Shown here: positions 59,387-64,000 of the stretch, piece by piece | Position numbering within the stretch: the stretch's first letter is position 1 | Layout of the letters: every line of letters begins with the position of its first letter | Assembly (NCBI GenBank): GCA_044376115.1 | Contig: JBILLK010000010.1 | Span: 192,001-256,000, forward strand | DNA from: Polyangiaceae bacterium | Lineage (GTDB): Bacteria; Myxococcota_A; Polyangia; Polyangiales; Polyangiaceae | DNA length: 64,000 nt | Direction: 5' to 3' | Notes under the pieces: generated by a model | Databases searched by the model: none | Told to the model about the DNA's origin: nothing | What the model saw: only the letters and a program-made list of their open reading frames with translations | Translations under genes and position numbers: made by a program

Positions 59387-60229
59387 ATGAAGAACTACGT
59401 CCTCACATTGGTTGCTACTGCGTTGTCTCTGGGTACGGCCCTCGACGCCGAAGCTGGGATTGAAGCCTGCGGGAACATTCGCTTCGACGAAGTGCAAAGT
59501 TGCGAACTGCGGCTGAGCGCCGAGTGCAGCGCCGGATGCAGCGAGCTCGGCGTCTACAAGACCGCCTGTGCAACCAAGCTCGTCCCGGTCTGCAAACAAG
59601 ACTGCACCCTCGACGCCACCCCGACCTGCACCGACAGCTGCACCACGCAGTGCTCGGAGGACTGCGACAACGGGGTCAACGTCATCTGCACGCACAACTG
59701 CTTCACCGAGTGCACGACCGATCGCGATGCAGAGTGCGCGGGAGCCGCAAACGTCGCTCAGTGCCAAGCGACCTGGGACGCAAACTGCGACAGCGAGTGC
59801 GATCTGCAATGTGTCACCGTCGACGGCGACTGCTACCAACACTGCGTCGAGTGTTGTGGCGGATCGTGCTCGGCCGATGCCAACATGAGCTGCCAAACTA
59901 CCTGTCAGGACGAGCTGTTCGAGGACTGTGAATATGAGTTCCGGGTGGATTGTGATGCATCCTGCAGCGGGGATGGCGCGCTTTTCTGTGACGGGGAGTT
60001 CATGATCTCCGGCTCGCAACTCCCGGCCTGCCTCGAGGAGCTCGTAGCGCAAGGGATCGGCGGGCTGGAGCTCGAGGGCGAAGTCACGATCGGTCCGGAC
60101 GGAATCGACGGTAGTGGCTCCTTCTGCACGACTAGCAACAGCGGGCGCAACACCGGAGCTTGGCCGTTGCCGTTCGTAGCGTTGGCTGCGGCCTCAGCTT
60201 GGCTGGCCCGTCGACGTCGCCAACGATGA
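59387..60229 (+). CDS. Secreted Cys-rich protein with MYXO-CTERM-like sorting signal
   Basis: Signal peptide; dense CxxxC periodicity; C-terminus GSFC...AWPLPFVALAAASAWLARRRRQR. Confidence 0.85.
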   Translation: MKNYVLTLVATALSLGTALDAEAGIEACGNIRFDEVQSCELRLSAECSAGCSELGVYKTACATKLVPVCKQDCTLDATPTCTDSCTTQCSEDCDNGVNVICTHNCFTECTTDRDAECAGAANVAQCQATWDANCDSECDLQCVTVDGDCYQHCVECCGGSCSADANMSCQTTCQDELFEDCEYEFRVDCDASCSGDGALFCDGEFMISGSQLPACLEELVAQGIGGLELEGEVTIGPDGIDGSGSFCTTSNSGRNTGAWPLPFVALAAASAWLARRRRQR

Positions 60230-61116
60230 GCCCAGTCCGGCGCGGCTCCACGTTCATCAGCCTGCTCACGCTGCAGGCCTGCGCCGCCGAGCCCGAGTCC
60301 AGCCTCGCGCTCGGCCTCAGCACCGACCTCGCCTTTGGCTTTGACCTTCACCGCGTGGAGGTCAGCGCGAGCGTGGATGGCGCCCCGGTCGCGAGCGCGA
60401 GCTTCGGCGGTGGAGAGCCGCCACTGCCCGCGACGCTCGAGCTCCCACCGCACGCAGAGGAGAGCGAAGTTACGATCGCCATCCGTGCATTCCGCAAAGG
60501 AGAAACCAGCGCCTTCCTTGAACGAACCGCCACCGTCATCGGCCCAGCGTCCAACAGCTTTCTTTCGCTGGCCCTTTCGCGAGCCTGCCTCGACATCGAA
60601 TGCGAGCCCGCGTCGACGTGCGTGGAAGGTCGCTGCGTAGCGCCGCTCATCGACGACTCGCAGCTCGAAACGCCCGACCCGGCCTGGCTTGAAGCAGCGC
60701 CCGACGCCTGCCGACCCGAGGGCCAGAGCGTGAGCCCTTGGCTCTCGCTCGGACAAGGGCAAAGCTCGTTCGAAAACCTCGAGCAGCTGAGCGAGCTACC
60801 GATTGAACCGGGCGCCCAGGGCGGTCACCACCTATGGCTGGCATTGCAGAGCTTCGGACTGCGCCAGGCAGCTTCTACCTTGACCATTCGCGCGCGCTAC
60901 CCCGAGCTTGGGTTCGAGCTTCCGCTGTACGAGTCATCGATCAACCTGCGCGTAACCGCGGGCGACGTCTGCGAGATCTATGGGGTCCGCTTGCAGGTGG
61001 ACCGCGGCATCGAGGTGGAGCAAGTGCGCGGAAAGAAGCTGGAGCTCGAGGTAGAGCTCAGCGACAGCGCCGGCGGCAGCGCGCAGGCTCAACAGACTGT
61101 CGTGATCGCGCCCTGA
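60226..61116 (+). CDS. Lipoprotein, Cys-containing hypothetical
   Basis: ATGA overlap with the previous gene; lipobox LQAC; CEPASTCVEGRC; GAQGGHHLW motif. Confidence 0.7.
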   Translation: MSPVRRGSTFISLLTLQACAAEPESSLALGLSTDLAFGFDLHRVEVSASVDGAPVASASFGGGEPPLPATLELPPHAEESEVTIAIRAFRKGETSAFLERTATVIGPASNSFLSLALSRACLDIECEPASTCVEGRCVAPLIDDSQLETPDPAWLEAAPDACRPEGQSVSPWLSLGQGQSSFENLEQLSELPIEPGAQGGHHLWLALQSFGLRQAASTLTIRARYPELGFELPLYESSINLRVTAGDVCEIYGVRLQVDRGIEVEQVRGKKLELEVELSDSAGGSAQAQQTVVIAP

Positions 61117-61161
61117 GACAAGGCGCAGCAAAGGCTTGACGCACCGCGGGCCACTGGTCAT

Positions 61162-61647
61162 ATGCACAGCATGAAAGCCCGCCTCAAGACCCCCGTTGCG
61201 TCTGTCGAGTCCATGCTCGCCGTCGTCGAGCTTTTTCGCGGCCCGCTCAAGGGTGTGGTCTTCCCGGGCGTGGATGCCACGGTACTCCAAACCGCCGTTG
61301 AAAACATCGAGCGTTCCACCGCAGCGATCGCGACGGCCCAGGCGGAGCTCGAGGCCGCGCAAAACGCCCTCGTTGAACAGCAGAACGCGCTGTTCGTGAA
61401 GGTGCACCAGGCCATGGCTTACGCTCGCGTCTTCGCCGAGACGAACCCTGAGCTAATGAGCGAGCTCGAGCGCATTTCGCTGCCCAAGCGCAACACCGCT
61501 ACTCCGCGCAGCAGCGCTGAAAAGGCCCCCGAAGAAAAGCCGGATGGGGAGCTTGCAGAGCCCGCTGCCGCTGTTGAAGTTGCCACCCCCGCAAGGCGCA
61601 AGCGCGGCCCAAAAGAGCCCGCTGAACCCACAGCAAGTGAAGAGTAG
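61162..61647 (+). CDS. Hypothetical coiled-coil protein with basic C-terminal tail
   Basis: VVFPGVDA, heptad region, AMAYARVFAE, ARRKRGPK; start at 61162 or 61171. Confidence 0.7.
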   Translation: MHSMKARLKTPVASVESMLAVVELFRGPLKGVVFPGVDATVLQTAVENIERSTAAIATAQAELEAAQNALVEQQNALFVKVHQAMAYARVFAETNPELMSELERISLPKRNTATPRSSAEKAPEEKPDGELAEPAAAVEVATPARRKRGPKEPAEPTASEE

Positions 61648-61738
61648 AGCTGGGGCTTGGTTCCATGCGAGCTTGGGCGCCGACAAGCAACTCGTAACTA
61701 GCTGCGGTTAGCAAGCTGGTTGGGCTACAGGTCAAAGG

Positions 61739-62641
61739 GTGAAGGTCCTTCGTACTCCCGAGTCGCGCTTCGTCGGTTTACCGGACTATCCCTTCGCCCC
61801 GCACTACACCGAGGTGGAGCCGGGGCTTCGAATGCATTTCGTCGACGAAGGGCCGTCGTCCGCAAGCCCGGTGTTGATGCTCCACGGCGAACCAAGCTGG
61901 AGCTTCCTTTATCGCAAGATGATCCCGCGCTTCGCAGAAGCGGGTTTTCGAGCGTTGGCTCCTGATTTGATCGGCTTCGGCAAGTCGGACAAGCCCACCA
62001 GCACAGCGGACTACTCCTACGAAAAGCACGTGCGCTGGATCACTCGCTGGCTCATCGCGCAGGACCTTCGGGGGATAACCTTGATCTGCCAAGACTGGGG
62101 TTCACTTATCGGGTTGCGAGTGGCGGCTGAGAATGAGGAGCGCTTCGCACGCATCGTCGTCGCCAACGGTTTTCTTCCCACCGCTCGTAACGCGGTGCCC
62201 GCGGCCTTTCGAATCTGGCGTGCCTTCGCTCGTTACTCACCCATCTTCCCAATCGGCCGCATCGTCGCCTCCGGCTGCGTCAGCAAGCCTTCAGAGGCGG
62301 TGCGGCAGGCCTACGACGCGCCCTTTCCAGATCGGCGCTATTGCGCGGGAGCACGCATCTTCCCTGCCCTCGTACCCACCTCCGAGGCAGACCCTGCAAT
62401 CCCGGCGAACCGGCGAGCCTGGGAAGTGTTGGGGCGTTGGAACAAGCCGGTGTTGACCCTCTTCGGCAAGAACGATCCAATCCTTGGGCAAGCCGACAAG
62501 CTGCTTCAACAGCACATCCCCGGAGCGAGCGGTCAACCGCACGAACGGTTTTGGGGCGGGCACTTCGTCCAAGAGGATCGCGGGGAGCATCTGGCAGAAC
62601 GCATCTTGGCGTGGCCGGCAATGCTTGGAGCCAACGGCTGA
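61739..62641 (+). CDS. Haloalkane dehalogenase (HLD-I, DhlA/DhmA-like)
   Basis: [50 protein letters not shown] nucleophile Asp, [15 protein letters not shown]. Confidence 0.92.
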   Translation: MKVLRTPESRFVGLPDYPFAPHYTEVEPGLRMHFVDEGPSSASPVLMLHGEPSWSFLYRKMIPRFAEAGFRALAPDLIGFGKSDKPTSTADYSYEKHVRWITRWLIAQDLRGITLICQDWGSLIGLRVAAENEERFARIVVANGFLPTARNAVPAAFRIWRAFARYSPIFPIGRIVASGCVSKPSEAVRQAYDAPFPDRRYCAGARIFPALVPTSEADPAIPANRRAWEVLGRWNKPVLTLFGKNDPILGQADKLLQQHIPGASGQPHERFWGGHFVQEDRGEHLAERILAWPAMLGANG

Positions 62642-62659
62642 CGACGCGACTCGAGCGCG

Positions 62660-63895
62660 CTACGGCGTGTCCTCAACGACTCGAGGAGCGGCGCTCGGAA
62701 TCCGCATTTCCACATCGATCGTGACGCGAGCGCCCGGGGCTAGCTCGATACTGCGACGCTCCTCCGGTGCCGCTGGATGGCGGAAGATAAATTCATATTT
62801 ACCGGGTGGCAGCTCGAGCGGAGTAGCAAAAGGAGTAACGTCCACGCGCTCACCGCCAAGGAACACCTCGGCCCAGGGTTCTGCGAGCAATTTCACCTGA
62901 CCCGAGCTCTTACCCTTATAAACTTGTTGCGCGGGGTCGCGGGGTCGTACCCAGGTAATGGCGAGTGCGACGAGCGCTACCACGCCTGATAACAATATCA
63001 ACGTACGAGTCAGCCGGTCGACAGGCGCTTGCACTTCTTGCACGACACCCGCGCTCTGTACGAACAAGGCGGGAGCGTGCCCCGACTCCGGAAGGTTCAG
63101 CGCAGCCGCCAGCTCCAGTGCGAGCTCCTTCGCGTTGGAATGCCGCAGAGAGGGCGTCCGATCCAAGGCTCGCAACAGGCAGCGTTCCAAGAGCCGTCGA
63201 TCGAAGCCAACGTTGGGCGGCAACGGGAGCTCCACGTCAGGAGGCCCTTCGCCCAGCCGAACCTTGGCGCGATCATCAAGCGCTGGCCCGCCCAACAAAT
63301 CCCAGCCGAGCCGCGCGACGGAGTAGACGTCGGAGGCCACGGTGGCCTTCTCACCGCGCCGACGCTCCGGCGCCGCAAACACGTCGTCAGGCCCACGCGT
63401 TGGCAGTTCAGCGCCACGGTCGTCCTCGTCACTGCGCAGCACTGCCTCGAGCAACGACACGCGAATTCGACCGTTCGCAACGAACACCGACTCGCGCGAG
63501 AGCATCAGGCCAACCATGTCGTCGCGGTGGAGAGCGTGAACGCTGAAGGCGAGCGCGACAATCACCGCGCCAAGCTCCGCGTATGAAGGCTGCTTGTCAG
63601 CCATCAGCCGGTTCAACTCTGGCCCAGGTGGCGCCTCGGTGAGGAGGCCAACGGCGTCGCCCACCTCCACCAGGTGAAGGAACTGTAACGCGGTATCGGA
63701 ACGCAGCCTCGCTAGCGTGTCGGCCGCCTTCGATAGACGAGCCCTTACCTTACTATCGGGAAGGATGCCCGGAGCGGCGACGGCCAGCCACAGAGGGCGC
63801 CCCCTCGCATCTTGCGCTTCGTAGATCGCAAACAGCCCGAATGACCGTCGTTTCTTGCGAAGTCGATATTCGCCAAACGAAGCGGACTCCTCCAC
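62660..63895 (-). CDS. Pseudokinase-TM-PEGA protein
   Basis: FGEYRL, FAAPE, TVASDVYSVA, RALDRTPSLR kinase scaffold without HRDxKxxN or DFG; TM; PWAEVFLGG..VDVTP..PLELPPGKY PEGA. Confidence 0.75.
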   Translation of the reverse strand: MEESASFGEYRLRKKRRSFGLFAIYEAQDARGRPLWLAVAAPGILPDSKVRARLSKAADTLARLRSDTALQFLHLVEVGDAVGLLTEAPPGPELNRLMADKQPSYAELGAVIVALAFSVHALHRDDMVGLMLSRESVFVANGRIRVSLLEAVLRSDEDDRGAELPTRGPDDVFAAPERRRGEKATVASDVYSVARLGWDLLGGPALDDRAKVRLGEGPPDVELPLPPNVGFDRRLLERCLLRALDRTPSLRHSNAKELALELAAALNLPESGHAPALFVQSAGVVQEVQAPVDRLTRTLILLSGVVALVALAITWVRPRDPAQQVYKGKSSGQVKLLAEPWAEVFLGGERVDVTPFATPLELPPGKYEFIFRHPAAPEERRSIELAPGARVTIDVEMRIPSAAPRVVEDTP

Positions 63896-63897
63896 GC

Positions 63898-64000
63898 TCA
63901 GCCTCCGCGGGCACAGATCGTACCGGCCAAAGCAGCGTGGATGGCCAACACCGATTGGGCCTCGAGACCGGCGACGCTTGTCCCGATCCGCCCGCGAGCT
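63898..64000 (-). CDS. 3' end of an upstream CDS, truncated by window edge
   Basis: Open frame ...ARGRIGTSVAGLEAQSVLAIHAALAGTICARGG-stop ends 2 nt before the pseudokinase start. Confidence 0.4.
   Translation of the reverse strand, partial: ARGRIGTSVAGLEAQSVLAIHAALAGTICARGG

Overview
High-GC bacterial window, almost certainly from a myxobacterium (Myxococcota; Polyangiaceae/Sorangiineae-like). This rests on a MYXO-CTERM-type sorting signal, eukaryotic-like Ser/Thr kinases, PEGA/TPR proteins and Cys-rich lipoproteins. It carries housekeeping and metabolic genes: rseP, rsmB, suhB, two Nudix hydrolases, a TPP enzyme, an RluA-family synthase, 3-hydroxyacyl-CoA dehydrogenase, nadA, acs and a haloalkane dehalogenase. 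Two signalling loci stand out. (1) A ~13 kb chemosensory cluster, cheA-cheW-mcp-cheR-cheD-cheY-cheX-cheB-cheB-cheY-[ExxN protein], plus a divergent stand-alone MshEN-like repeat protein and a sensor-less MCP. It looks flagellar-type and is 'doubled' in receptors, CheB, CheY and phosphatases. (2) An ECF sigma factor followed by a 1558-aa putative anti-sigma factor (ZAS zinc motif-TM-FecR-VIT-vWA-TPR-DUF2135-like), head-to-head with an HtrA/DegP-like PDZ protein whose catalytic His and Ser are missing. Other apparent pseudoenzymes are an APH-like protein and a kinase-PEGA protein. No rRNA, tRNA, CRISPR array, integrase or transposase was recognised. All calls come from reading motifs by eye; no database searches were run.
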